DNA of 64,000 bases, from contig OZ024741.1 of assembly GCA_964016885.1 (NCBI GenBank), forward strand, positions 356,438,001 to 356,502,000, read 5' to 3'. This stretch comes from Eledone cirrhosa (lineage: Eukaryota). Each line of letters opens with the position of its first letter. Position 1 is the first letter of the stretch. Below the pieces are notes generated by a model. The model was not told the DNA's origin. It ran no database searches and saw nothing but the letters and a program-made list of their open reading frames with translations. Made by a program: the position numbers and the translations under genes. This document shows, piece by piece, positions 1 to 12,957 of this stretch.

Positions 1-2013
1 GCAATCAAGGATATAAAGACGGGTAAGGCGGCTGGGCCTTCGGAAATAGTTGCTGAGATGCTGAAGGCATCTGGCACGGTGGGACACACCATGGTCACCC
101 GCATAGTTAACCAAGTCGTACAGAATGGGGTTGTTCCGAAGGACTGGCATAGCAGCATCATCGTTAACTGTTATAAGGGTAAAAGAGACGCCCTAGATAG
201 GAGTAACTATAGAGGCATTAAATTAATCGACCAGGTCATGAAGGTCACGGAAAAAGTAATAGCGCAACTAATCAGAGAGAGAATTGACCTAGATGAAATG
301 CAGTTCGGGTTTGTGTCAGGCAAAAGTACCACAGACGCTCTTTTCATTGTACGACAATTTCAGGAGAAGTACCTAGCTAAAGGTAAACCCCTCTACTTAG
401 CTTTTGTCGACTTGGAGAAAGCCTTCGACAGTCCCCCGCTCCATTATCTGGTGGGCTCTTAGAAAACTAGGCGTTGACGAATGGCTTGTGAGAGCTATAC
501 AAGCCATGTATAAAGAAACAGTCAGCAAGGTTAGAATTAACAACGAATATAGTGAAGAGTTTAGCGTAAAAGTTGGCGTCCATCAGGGCTCTGTTCTCAG
601 CCCCCTACTATTTATTATTGCCCTTCAGGCTATAACAGAGGAGTTCAAGACCGGCTGCCCATGGGAACTCCTATACGCAGACGACCTGACACTCATAGCT
701 GAATCAATGGCCGAGCTAGAGAAGAAATTCCAAACATGGAAGCACGGCCTAGAATCAAAAGGACTTAAAATTAACCTGGCTAAGACTAAAGTTCTAGTTT
801 GTAGGAAAGAAAATAAGGCGGCGGTCCCTTCTGGGAAATGGTCATGCTCAGTGTGTAGGAAAGGCGTAGGTAGAAACTCCATTTTATGTCCTAAATGCAA
901 AGTATGGGTGCATAAAAGATGTAGTGGGATCACAGGTAAGCTAACTAAGAACATAGATTTTACATGTGGCCAGTGCTCTGGTGCAATAAGTAGCAGCAAG
1001 TGCCCACAAAATACTAGCTCTTTCAATTGCGCAGAGGGTTCTATAGAAATAGTGGACAGCTTCCGTTACCTGGGCGATAAAATCAGCAGTGGGGGAGGGT
1101 GCTCTGAAAGTACAGTAGCTAGAGTCAGAACTGGTTGGAAAAAGTTCAGAGAGCTTATACCACTATTAGCTGCTAAAGGGTTCTCCCTAAAAATGAAAGG
1201 CAGGTTGTACGATGCCTGCATACGAACAGCAATGTTGCATGGCAGTGAGACCTGGGCATTGTGTGCAGAGGATATACGCAGACTAGAGAGGAACGAAGCT
1301 TGCATGCTCCGCTGGATGTGTAATAGTAATATACGTGAACGGCAAAGCATAAACGAACTAAGGAAAAAATTAGAAATAAGAGGGATCAGATGTTGTTTAC
1401 TCGAGAGAAGGCTACGTTGGTATGGACACGTGATGCGCATGAAAGTCGATAGCTGTATAACAAAGTGCAGGGCAATAAAGATAGACGGTAGCCACGGAAT
1501 AGGCAGACCTAGAAAAACCTGGGACGAGCTGATAAACTCCGACCTCACACACTTACACCTCTCCAAGACAATGTCACTGGACCGAGACCTTTGGCGGTAC
1601 TCAGTAACAGAGAAGACCTGCCTTACCTAAATACATAGTAAAACCTACTACAGCCAATAGGCATCTCTAACAAAATACACCCCGTCCCACCCCATCCACA
1701 CCACCCCGTTCTATGTAAAGTTATGTTGGTGCCGCGCCATCCAGGCCGAAACAAATGAGATCGTGTAGGTGTCACGACAAAAAAACACACAGTCCACGCT
1801 GTAATGTGGCCGTGTAGGCAACACGGTAAAAACCTCCCAGACCCACACTGTAAATGTGGTTGGTGTTAGGAAGGGCATCCAACTGTAGAAAACCTGCCAG
1901 ACAGTCCTATGCGAGCATGACAATCACTCTTGCCTCAAGTGGGACTACCCCCGTCCAAACCCATGCAAGCATGGAACACGGAAGTTAAACGTTGATGATG
2001 ATGATGATGATGA
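1..2013 (+). mobile_element. RTE-clade non-LTR retrotransposon (family A, PHD-in-RT), 3' part, with a frameshift near 430; lies in a PPME1 intron
   Basis: ORFs 58-462 and 404-1630 give RT motifs (NYRGIKL, FVDLEKAFD, GVHQGSVLSP, YADD, FRYLG) and an RTE C-terminus (RRLRWYGHV, GRPRKTW, DRDLWR). The 3'UTR ends in (GAT)n at ~1993-2013. Near-identical to 46005-48176. Confidence 0.93.
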
Positions 2014-3550
2014 TTGTAAATACTTTGTATTTCACTGTCATTTATCAATGCCTCTTTCATTTATTTGAAACAAATAATGCAAGTACACCACTGGCTTTTT
2101 TGGCAGCTGTTAGATTGGCACCCCATTTAATCCAGATATAATTATGAGCAGACACTTAACTTTCTGGCAACCCAACAGAATACTTTACTGGATAATCACA
2201 AGTGGCAGTTTGTGTCATTTGCAATTATCTAAATGTCTTGCAGTATTTGTTCCAGCCCTCTGCATTCAGAGCTCAAAATCCCATCAAGGTTAACTTTCAT
2301 CTTTTGGGGGAAGGGGGTCAATAAAATGTGACACCACTCCAGGGTAGTGGATTAACAGAATTGGTAGAATATCAGATGGGATCTTGCATGGTATTTGTTC
2401 TCCATTTTTATGTCCAAAGTTCTTCAGTTGTTAAAAATTGAACCCACAAACTTTTATTGAAACAAAATTTCAACATTTATTTTGCCATAGAAATGTTTCA
2501 ATTTTGATTATATTTACAATTATTTCAGAAAAAGACAGCTAGTAGTTTCAAGTGTACTCCTTTGTCTATAATAGACAGATATTTTATCTAACAATAGCAT
2601 ATAATTTTCATTATAGATAATCTGTCGTTTTTGTTTCCACAAATACATAGGCATTGTATATAGTTGTGCATTAGTAAAGGCATTCAGTTGTAGAAACCCT
2701 GCTAAAAAAAGTAGTGAACTTTTCAGTTATATCAAGGACAATACCACTTCTCTAGTAGTGGTACCACAATAAAATGTACCCAATACACACTGTAAAGTAG
2801 TTGGCATTAGAAAAGACTTTACGACTTAGAAACCATGCCAAAACAAAATGTTTCTGGGTGAGATATGATCACCTGACTTTTCTATGAGGATAGTATCTCT
2901 GATAAAGTGTTGACTTGGTCTGTAACACCTCATCCAATCCATGTCATTGAAAAATGTATGTAAAATGATTAGGATGTATGTGATGAAACTTATTAATTTG
3001 TCCATCTTGCAGCTAGGTTTTACCCTGATATTTTGTTGTAGATCTAATAAACAAAATACCATAGTTGCTGTTCATGTAACATTAACTGAGAATCCAGTCC
3101 ATAAACAAACTTTACTGCAGTCTAATATTGCTTCTCTTGTTAATACAATCTTTTATTCCATTAAAATGGCCACATTATTGCTCAATGGAACAGTTCATGA
3201 ATGAAAATCTGATCAAAGTACATGTATCCATCCATTGATGAATCCTGAACTCCTGATGTAGTCATAGAAGCACCATCTTGGGCATTTTAAACCTGGCCGG
3301 GCCTATCTGTCTCCATGTCTGAACACGGGGAATTTCTTCCAGGGAGGAAAAATTTATCTCAGTATTAGACTGGTACCGTATTTATTGATTACAAAAGGAT
3401 GATAGGTAAAGTTGACTTTAGTGGAAATTGAACTGAATACAAAAAGCCAGAATAAATGACAAGATATTTGATAAAATCTAATTAAGGAAATGTAGGTTTG
3501 AATTTTCAGTTTTAATGGTTAATATAATTAATTTGTTTTTAATTTGATAG

Positions 3551-3618
3551 GTGGCAGATGTTTTAGCGACCTTTCTTGTCCGGCATAAAATGACAACACC
3601 AACTGCTGATTTTGAAAG
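3551..3618 (+). CDS. PPME1: Protein phosphatase methylesterase 1, penultimate coding exon (VADVLATFLVRHKMTTPTADFE-R)
   Basis: Acceptor ttgatAG at 3549-3550 and donor GTAATG at 3619. Spliced to 4391 it gives VADVLATFLVRHKMTTPTADFERTFPAC*, which resembles the recalled human PME-1 C-terminus VAEAVATFLIRHRFAEPIGGFQCVFPGC. Confidence 0.85.
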
Positions 3619-4390
3619 GTAATGTATTTATAATATCTAATAGTTATTTGAAACAGTTTGGTAACAGTTTTTCTTATTTTATACACCAGCAGTCTGATTT
3701 TCTGTTTCTTTCCAAGTAGAATGAAACTTCTGAAGCCTTACTGAGTTTAGAATAGGTTCACCATATCCCTGTGTGTCACAAGAGGTGACTAAAAAAGGAA
3801 AGGCAGCTGGCTGTAAAACATTGCCACAAAAAGTCTAACCTCTGCTTTAGTGGAGAATGTGGCCTTAAAATATTTGTTGATGATGTATTGTTGATTCATT
3901 GCAAATTAATAACAGAGAACCGTGTGTGAAAAAGTTAAAAATAGAATTATGGTTAATTATCTACTTAGCAAAATAAAGCTTTCTTAAGGTCCTATTCTTA
4001 GCCTCTCTTTTATTTCATTATCCTTTTCATTTGAAGAAAAGTGGATTTTCAGTCATGTCAAGAGCAAGACAACCTCTTGAGGAAGAATACTTCACTGACA
4101 CATTTTTTATTGGCCTCGAAAGAATGAAAGGCAAAGTTGACCGTTGCAGATTTTGAACTCAGAACACAGAGAGCTGGAACATACCACAAAGCATGCATTC
4201 TGTCTGATGTTCTAACGACTGCCAATTCACTGCCTGCATGTTGTATATATACCTGAATGAATGAGATAGATTAAAAATTAACAATTGTGATTTATACAAA
4301 AATATTAGAGTAGGGATTTTTTGTCTTAAATTTATGCTTTTGTTTCTATTACTTTTTTATTTTATTTATTTTATTTTTTTTTTTTTTCAG

Positions 4391-4409
4391 AACATTTCCA
4401 GCTTGTTAG
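4391..4409 (+). CDS. PPME1: PPME1 terminal coding exon (R-TFPAC*), followed by AT-rich 3'UTR
   Basis: Long poly-T tract plus CAG acceptor at 4388-4390, phase-2 join matching the previous exon, TAG at 4407-4409, and a candidate AATAAA at ~4700. Confidence 0.83.
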
Positions 4410-4967
4410 TCCTGTTTTGCTGTGGGCTGTCAACATGAAGTTATTTTGATACAGTTATTTCCCCCTCTTTTCTAAACTACACTGATTTCTATTACTGCAC
4501 TCCTCAACTGAAGTTAACTGTAACTCATTAGCAAAAGGTGTTCACAGTGGTGAAATCTTTTGTTTCACATAGTGATATGATTGGTCCCATAAACATAGAT
4601 TTCCATATAATTTATTATATTACCAAAATATTTTATGGGTAATTTAATTTTAATTTTTTTTCCTTCCCCGGATTTTGTTTTCGAAGTGTTATATTTTAAA
4701 ATAAACTGCTGAGAATAGAATCATAATCCTAAAACATTGTAAAGCATTTTAATAGATGTATTCTACATAAATGCAAGAAATATTGTCAAAAGATTCTTTA
4801 ATTCATCAACCAACTTTGACATTTTGGAAATTAAAAACGTAAAATAACTTAAGCATTAAAATTCTTCATTAGTTTCTGCAGAAAAAAAACTTCAAGTTAT
4901 ATTTTGGTATTTTTATTTTAATATTGTTTTTTATTATTATGAGTGAAACTGGTGTATTAAAAAAAAA

Positions 4968-5219
4968 ACGATGTCCCCCAAAAATGTATACACAACAAAA
5001 TCTTTAAAAAATGCATTAAATAAATTGTTTTATTTTATTTATGCATAAATAAAAATGTTTTATTTATACATTATTTAAATTATGTAAACATTTTTGGGTG
5101 TTTACATACAATTGAATTATGACTGTAGATCATTTTATTTTGGGGAAAGACTGCATTCTAATAAATATTGCCTGTACTGGTAATCAAAGTGTGTATACAT
5201 TTTTTTAGGACATCCTGTA
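4968..5219. mobile_element. Tc1/mariner-type MITE
   Basis: Imperfect terminal inverted repeats GATGTCCCCAAAAATGTATACAC / GTGTATACATTTTTTTAGGACATCCTGTA. Confidence 0.55.
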
Positions 5220-5839
5220 TATTTACATTATTTGGCTGCATATACGAGGTATTTCAAAAGTCTGACCCCATCCCTTTCATTGCTATATGTCTAATGAAAA
5301 GCACTGCCTATGATTTTCAGATAATTTTGAAAATAATCAAGAGTGTGGAGGGTTTTAGTAATATAACTAACATTCTCGTTATAAGCTGGTGTTTGGAACA
5401 TACCAAAGGTTCTTACATAAAAATTATGATGGTAGCTTTTTAGATGAAAATAAACAGTTTTGTGTCATAAAATTAGGGTTTGTTTTCTATTGGTTTGGAT
5501 AAAAGAGCTTAAATTTTTGTTAGATTTTATGCATTTTCAATACGTATACTAACTAATAATTGATAAAATAAATGATAAAGTCCTAGTGGTTTTCTTTTAT
5601 ACTTTTCCTATGGGGTCAGACTTTTGGGACGCAGTGTATTTGGGCACTGGCATGGTTGTGTGGTTCAGTTCACCTCAAAATCATGTGATTCTGGGTTCCA
5701 TTTCATTATACAGTAAACGTTTCCTATCACTGTCTTGGGTTGACCAATGTCTTGTCAGTGACATTTTGTATAGTGAAACTGCAGAAGCCTATCGTGTGTG
5801 TATAATATATACATGTCTGTGTATATATATATATATATT

Positions 5840-8505
5840 TATTAAAATAACAGATTAAAGTTTAAGCAAAAAATCGCTGCTTTCACCCTTAGCAGGATCT
5901 TCTGAAACTAAAAAAATCAATCTGTGAACACAAGTAAATATTTCGAAAAACGTTGTGACCAAAGGAAGACAGGAAGACGATACTTTGGTTCTTGGAGACG
6001 TTCCCTGGCAAAGAACAGAAAAAAACGAAGATAATACGTCATTATTTGGAGCGGTGAAAACAATTACACGCAAACACAAAACCACGTTTATGGTATAAAT
6101 GAAGTCGTAGACTAATATTCTATTAGGTGGTTCGTGGAGACGTTCCTTGGCAATGAACGGAAAAAACGAAGATAATACATCGTTATGTGGAGCGATGAGA
6201 ACAATTACACGCAAAGGCAAAACGACGTTTATGGTATAACTGAAGTCGTAGATTAAAATTGTATTTAGGAAACCGAATGATTCTCGGCTTTAGAGTTAAG
6301 AATAATGTAAATAAATTACAGAGGTTATTGAAATCAACAACAATTAAATATATACATGCACGCATCCATATACGTACATACACATGCATATGCGAAAACA
6401 CCCGCCATGGGTATGCAAATACAGACACGTGCACGCAGCGCCTGTATCCGCACACATACGAACATATACACCAAATACACATAAAACATATATAAAAAAA
6501 ATATATATACATGTGTGTGTGTGCGCGTATACATATTATATAAACGTATATAAATATACACACATAAATACGTATATAATGCGCGCGCACACACACCCAC
6601 ATGTAAATACACATTTGTTCGCTAAACATACGTCAACCAAAACACAAAGTACACATATACACACACACCCTACATACGTGCAAACCCACATACACGCACA
6701 AACGCAAAACTCGCGTATACACATAACCAGTATATATAATATAATATATACACCTATAAAAAATACAAGAAAGTATACGTACCTTCACAAAACATACAGG
6801 TAATATATACTTACCTATACAAATAAGTAATGGTATAAACATTAAATATACTTAGCTACCACATCAAGACGTAAATTATCCGCGTATAGTTTGTACTATC
6901 CGTTAGGATATAACGTGGGGCTGTAATACAGGCAAGTTTTGTGCAATTTATGTTTACAAGCCGAAATTGCCTCAGATTGTTTGTTTAAGATGTGGTCATT
7001 GGCGTAGAGTATTTCCAGGGCTTCAGCGGCACAGAGGTCACATGGTCTTTTATTTCCATTATAGGATCTCCAGTGTAAACTATATTGGGTGTGGTTGTCT
7101 TTTAGACTCCAGATATAAGCTGAAAGTGACGTCATATTCCTTCTTAAAGGGTTAAGAAAAGAATGGATATGCATGTAAAGACGCTGCTTGAACCTATTGG
7201 CGGTTAACCCTATGTAGGCCCTACGGGACGTGGGTGTTTCAACCTTACATTTGTAGACAATGTTACTAGAGAAGCATTTCCCGGGAGTCAGCCCGATTCC
7301 TACAATTACAGTTAGTACTACGTGTTCCTACGACTAGGTAATTTAGCTAAATTTGAAGCAGCGATTTTATGTGCAAGGTTAGGAGTCGCAGTGTAAGAAA
7401 TTTCAATGGTATTTCTATTAAAAATGTTATTATATTTATGTGCTGGGGGGAAATGCTTCATAATAAGGGAGAGAAAGATCTTAGCTAATGGTGTGGCCAC
7501 CTCCATATTATATGGTGGGTTATACCATATAATGCGTCGAGATCTATTTTTCCTAGGTCTATGCTCATACTCGGTATATGCTACCTTATCGACAAATCCG
7601 CTCCGAGCAAGAGCTTCATTGTAATATGTGAAATGGTCGGTGAAAATATGCTCGTTTGTAGATAAACGGGAAAGCCTCAAAGAAACGTTTCTTACCAGGT
7701 TCTTCGTTATGCTGGCAGGATGGTTAGAATGCTTGCTTATGTAATTAAGCGTATCATTCGGCTTTCTATATGGGTAGTGCAAGCCATTCGACAAATTGAG
7801 GGTAACGTCGAGGTAATTAATGACCAAGAGGTTGGCCTCAACCTGTATGGAGAGGTTGAAGCCTTTAAAGAAGGCTCTGAGTTCTTTTCTGAACCTGTTG
7901 CAAATGCGTGGGCTGCACTTTGTCATGGTCAAAAGACCATCATCATGGTACAAACCACCGCCCACGGGAATTCTTCCTTGATAGAGAAAAGAAGGAAAAG
8001 TCCGATAAGATCAGTAACCGCAGAATCGCTGGCGCCCATACTCACATCGAATGGGGGTACTATTAGATCTTTTAATCCAAATAGAGTCGTCGAAATTAAT
8101 CACTGAGTTACGGGCATTGAGGATGACATCAACTTCGAAATCCTTAACCACCATGAGCATTTTAACGAAATTGATAGCTCTAAGAAGGAATGGTAAAGTC
8201 ATAGAGGAGTAGAAATTATTGATGAATTGGATAAAACGGCAATGTTCCTTGTTGCATATGCCGTTGAACCAATCAATCACCGCAAAAGAATTGTTCCACA
8301 GTGCAAGAGGGGCCAAGCTTCTAATTTCAGGTATAATTCTATCTAAAATCCTTTTACTAAGTCTACCTAAATTGGACTTTGTAGGGTTAATAAGCCGAAT
8401 AGAGGGGTTGTTCGGGAAATTTGATTTGTGATCCTTCAGGGTAAAGTGGGGAGAAATAGGGTCCAGAGGTGATTTTAAACCCAGCATTGTTGATGTCATT
8501 AATGA
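5840..8505 (-). mobile_element. Degraded Penelope-like element (Naiad-type RT + C-terminal GIY-YIG) with 3' tail
   Basis: Frameshifted minus-strand segments: TLKDHK..RLINPTKS, GLYHDDGL, RRIIWYNPPYN, CNCR..GKC..IVYKC..AYIGLT..FKQR..TSLSAYIW..CDLC..E..LN. The tail carries a 142-bp tandem duplication (5994/6136) and a hammerhead-like relic. Confidence 0.85.
5859..5909 (-). ncRNA. Degenerate type I hammerhead ribozyme motif in the PLE tail
   Basis: Minus strand: AGTTT-CAGAAGA-TCCTGCTAAGGGT-GAAA-GCA..TGCT-T-AAACT. Stems I and III pair, but the core has U4A. Confidence 0.45.
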
Positions 8506-8507
8506 CA

Positions 8508-8688
8508 TCGGCAGTATCGGTAGAGGGTCGGACGCCATGCTTTGATGCATAGAGTTACGGCCCTTGCCATTCTGAGTTCAAATACCGCCGAGGTTAACTT
8601 TGCCTTTCATCCTTACGGGGTCGATAAAATAAAGTACCAGTAATGTACTGGGTGATTGCTGGCCTTGTGCCAAAAGTAGAAACAATTA
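8508..8688 (+). mobile_element. tRNA-derived SINE with Nin-like central domain
   Basis: A/B-box-like head and GCCTTTCATCCTTACGGGGTCGATAAAATAAAGTACCAG. Homologous copies at ~2170-2330, 16946-17138, 23440-23650, 24200-24290 and 40860-41060. Confidence 0.75.
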
Positions 8689-8854
8689 ATGACACTCTGC
8701 TCTACGGTTCTTGTATATTTGATATATATTTATCCTTATCGAGCCCTCTTTGGATTTTAGTCTTCAAATTTATTATTATTACTATATATATGTGTGTGCG
8801 TGTATGTATATACATATATATGTGTGTGTGTGTGTGTATGTATGTATATATATA

Positions 8855-9350
8855 TCATCATCATCAGCCATGGAAAGTCCATTGTTGGACATAAGCCTTC
8901 CCCGAGCTGTGCCATGTTTGCCAATCCTGAGCCATTCGTGGCCAAAATTTCTCAATTTTCTCAAGGTTGTCTTGCCATCTGGTCTTCTGCTGGCCTTGGT
9001 TTCTTGTGTGGCCTCATGGGGTCCAGAAGTTGACACAGGTGGTCCATTTGTTCTCAGCTATTCTCTCAATGTGTCCTACCCACTTCCATTTTCCTTTCTA
9101 GGATGTCGCAAACTTGTTTTTTCTCGTGTCCATTCACCAGTTTTTCTATCTTGCCATGTGATGTTTAGCATGATCCTTTCATTGGCTCTTTGCATTGTTC
9201 ATAGCTTTAGACTTTGCTTTTTTTTATAGGTTCCAGGTTTTGGATCTGTAAATGATAGTCGGCAGAATACACTGGTCATAAACTTGACTTTTCAAGACGA
9301 TTGGCATGTCTGCTCTTGAAGATGGCACTTGCTCTTCCAAAGGCTTGCCA
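8855..9350 (-). mobile_element. RTE-clade LINE 3' fragment (distinct family)
   Basis: Minus-strand remnants LKSQVYDQCILPTIIY..TW and RRPDG-type C-terminus, with a (GAT)n tail at ~8855. Confidence 0.65.
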
Positions 9351-10204
9351 CTCCAGTGCGATGCAAGCTTTTCATGGGTGTAGGAATTCTTGCAAAAATT
9401 CCTACACCTTTGAAAAGGCTTGCTGAACATACATCTGAAACTGCCTGGCACTGCAGTTGGGATTTTACCTGTCTCTCTCCTATATATATATGTATATATA
9501 CATGTGTGTGTGTATATATATATTGCCTTGTGTATCCCAGTTTTTAGAATAGTCACACTGTATCCTTGCATGTTGTAAAAGGTGACCAAAAGGGTTAGCA
9601 TCTGGCTGTATAACAGCTCAAAATAGTCAATTTGGAGAATTGGATGTAAAAACAATGCTAGTGCACATATATAAATATATTGGCAAAAGATGTAAACAAC
9701 AGAGAGAAAACTGCCAAAATATCAGTGCATTCGAATAAAAAAAATCCTGTGTGGTATTTGTTTCACATTGAACTACATAGACAATTCCTTGTGACACTCC
9801 ATCAGCTATGCAGTGAGAAAGGGATCAAGCTGTTACCACTGGCACTACATTAGATGACTGCAGTACTGCCTTCATATCAACTCCTGTACATTTAAAAAAA
9901 GTTTGGTACTTATTTTATTGATCTCTTTTTGTTCAACTGATATATTACAGGCATGAACACAATTACATACAAACATACATATATTGTATAAAACACATTG
10001 TAAACTGGCATGTACATCCCTAGGTACTTCGAGTTTCACAAAGCATTAATAATATCTGTTTGCTTCAAAGATCTCTGAGGAAGGTATATGCTAGTTTGTC
10101 ATGTGTTTTATGTAATATATTTATCTCTCTGTTTATATATTGAGGGCTCTTTCTTTAGTGATTAAAACCCCACATTCAGGCAACTTTATATATATATATG
10201 TATA

Positions 10205-11525
10205 GTGGTAAAAAAAACAGTTATATCCATAGTAAGTAGACACTCAGTCCAAAGGACAAATTCGGTATAGAGTTAGTTCCACAACAAATTAGCAAACCTC
10301 AGTGTTTGCGGAAAGTAACGTTAGTGATTAAATCAAGATGGTCTGCTTCGAAAGGAGCAAGGTCATTTTCCATTGGTTGATAGGCTCATCATTTCAATTT
10401 GTAGGTGTCGGCAGTGCCCATAATTTTCCTGTCGAAAGCCAGTGCCCACCATTTCAAGTGTTTGATGGCATCTTCTGCTTTTTGGAGAACTATTCGATGT
10501 CTCAGTGGGATCATTTGATAGTGCTGATGTATACGATTTGGTTGGATTATACATATTAGATATGTTGCAAGTCAAATTTCCTGGACTTCCACATGGGTTT
10601 ATACCGCGATGACGGTCTGACTCTATCAAGCCATAAAAGTGGTCACGCCCTTGACTGCTTTAGAAAAGACCTAATAGCCATATTCAATGAGTTAGGACTT
10701 AAGATCACCGTAGCCACAAATCTGACTAGTGTAGATTATTTAGACATCAATTTAAACCTTCACACACTCACATTCAGACTTTTCCACAAACTTAATGAAA
10801 AGTTAACTTATATACTCAAGGACTCATGTCACCTATATACCGTCTATAAAAACTTTGTTAATAACATCAGCTCTAGGATTTCTAATCTTTCTTCTAACAA
10901 GGCCATATTTAATGAAGTGGCACCTTACTATAACACTGCATTTGATAACAGTGGCTTCTCCGATAACATTTTTTTACTCCCCCTCATAATCACGCTACCA
11001 GTAGAAAGAGAAATAGAAATACTCTGGTAAATGATCGTCCACAAAGCTGGCAAACCACATATAGTCACTCAAAGATGCAGACATGAATTATTCCACTCAA
11101 TGGAAAGTTCTGGTCAAATCCAGACCATTAGGAAATCGAGAAATGTCCTGTAAGCTCTGTATTGATGAAAGGGTGAATATCTTGCAGAGGTTATGTAATA
11201 ATACTTGCCTTAACACAAAAGCCAATTTTTTTAATCGCTATCCCCATGCTGTGAAGTACCTGTTATGTAACTGGAAAGACCCAGGATAATCATAAATCTT
11301 ACCCAGAATGAACTAACTCAAACGAAAATTTCACCCCATCCCACCCCGCATCAGTCTAATTTGAGTTCTCTTACTTATCACCAAAATATCACCTTCCATC
11401 ACGCAGAATCCAGTCAGCTCCCATACCTTTACGTTCTTACTGCAGCCATACACTGGTTGAAAATCCATCTATGTGAAACGCATCCTCAAGTGTGGTTTAC
11501 TAATTTGTTGTGGAACTAACTATGA
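10205..11525 (+). mobile_element. Degraded, internally deleted Naiad-type Penelope-like element with inverted terminal copy
   Basis: GLYRDDGL RT segment (10593-11030) and endonuclease C-terminus (W..L...CKLC..E..LN, 11083-11289). 10271-10298 is an inverted copy of 11494-11521. Confidence 0.8.
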
Positions 11526-12344
11526 TATATATATGTGAGTTACACATGTGCTTTTACAAAGCTCTATGTCATTCACAAAGTTTTTGGCTTAGGTGGTTAA
11601 TGCCTTCTTGACCACTTTTTCAGTTTGTATGGCGTTTTAGCATATTGTTTAGCTCTGGTTTTTTAACTATTGAGCGCTTGTCAGCATAACTCTGAGTTTG
11701 CGTTTCGTTTCGCTTTTTCTACCCGCCGAAATGCAATTCTCATTGAATTTATATTTATATATATATATACACATACATGACAGGTTTCTGCAGTTTCTGT
11801 TTGAATATTAACAAGATATTAGTTGACGCAAGGAGGCACATGGTTGTGAAGCAAACAACTTAACCACTCAGCAATGCTTGCACCTATTGTTCATATGAAA
11901 TAAGAAAAGAAAAATGTTTAATTTGAGAATTTCTCCAATATTTTATATATTTTATTTCTAAAGAAAGGATTGCTGAAATTTTTGATGCAGGTATTATTCT
12001 ATTCTTTTACTGGTTTCAATCATTAAGGTATGATTGTACCGGTGTTCTACTTTGAATGGACTTAGTCAAGTACTTATTTATTTTTTCAAGTCTGGTACTT
12101 ATCTTATCAATCTTTATCTCAAACATCTAAGTTACAAGACATAAACAGACATGGGCACAATAAGTACTGACATGGTCTGTGATGACATGTCCAACACTCA
12201 CTAGCAGGGAAAATGAATGTTAAATGATGATGATATATATAAATACACTCACTCATGACAAACTTCTGCACAGTTTCCATCTAGCAAATTTCACTTACAA
12301 GGACAAAACGTCCTTCAACCCAAGGTAATAGTTGAAGACAACAA

Positions 12345-12950
12345 AATCAGCATTTAAAGAAGCTTGTTCCCTGTGAGTTCTTGCTACTTACCGCTCCTGT
12401 ACATTGATCACATACAAAACCTACTTCTTTGCTAGCCTGTTTGAGATCCCACTACATCTCTTATACACCCATAATTTGCATTTGGGACATAGGATGGAAT
12501 TTCTTCCTGCACACTGAGCAAGGCAATTTCTCGGAGGGGATCTAGGCTCTGTTTTCCATTCTGTATACTTGAACTTTAGTCTTTGTCAAGTTGTCTTGAA
12601 GACCTTTTGATTCCAAGCCATGCTTCCATATTTGGAATTTCTTATCTAATTCTGCCATAGATTCAGCTACAAGGGTTAGATTATCTATATATAGGGGTTC
12701 TCATGGACACCCAGTCTTAAATTCTTCTGTTATAACCTGCAGGATGATAATAAACAGGAAGGGGCTAAGAATGGAACTCTGATGGACTACTTGCATGCTA
12801 AATTCTTCACTATAGTCATTGTTAATTCTAACCATACTGACTACTCCTCTATACTGCCTTCACAAGCCACTTACCTATTTCTAGTTTTCTAACAGCCCAG
12901 TATGGAATAGGGAACTCTGTCAAACGTTTTCTCCAAGTCAACAAATGCAC
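12345..12950 (-). mobile_element. Degraded RTE family A-like RT fragment
   Basis: Reverse complement resembles the RT/PHD region of the copies at 1-2013 and 46005-48176. Confidence 0.75.
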
Positions 12951-12957
12951 AATTTGT

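Noticed and set aside
404-462. Programmed frameshift between ORFs 58-462 and 404-1630
   Set aside because: The copy at 46146 reads GACAGAGTC where this one reads GACAGTC. It is a copy-specific 2-nt deletion.
625-1566. Antisense ORFs over RTE copies (also 46382-47527, 51122-52239, 59520-60635)
   Set aside because: Shadow frames of the retroelement ORFs.
7175-7320. Selenocysteine TGA in the Naiad-type zinc-finger linker
   Set aside because: No in-frame TGA at a Cys position is visible. The region is disrupted by a small deletion or frameshift.
11445-11500. Hammerhead in the tail of the second PLE
   Set aside because: Too degenerate to assign the core and stems.
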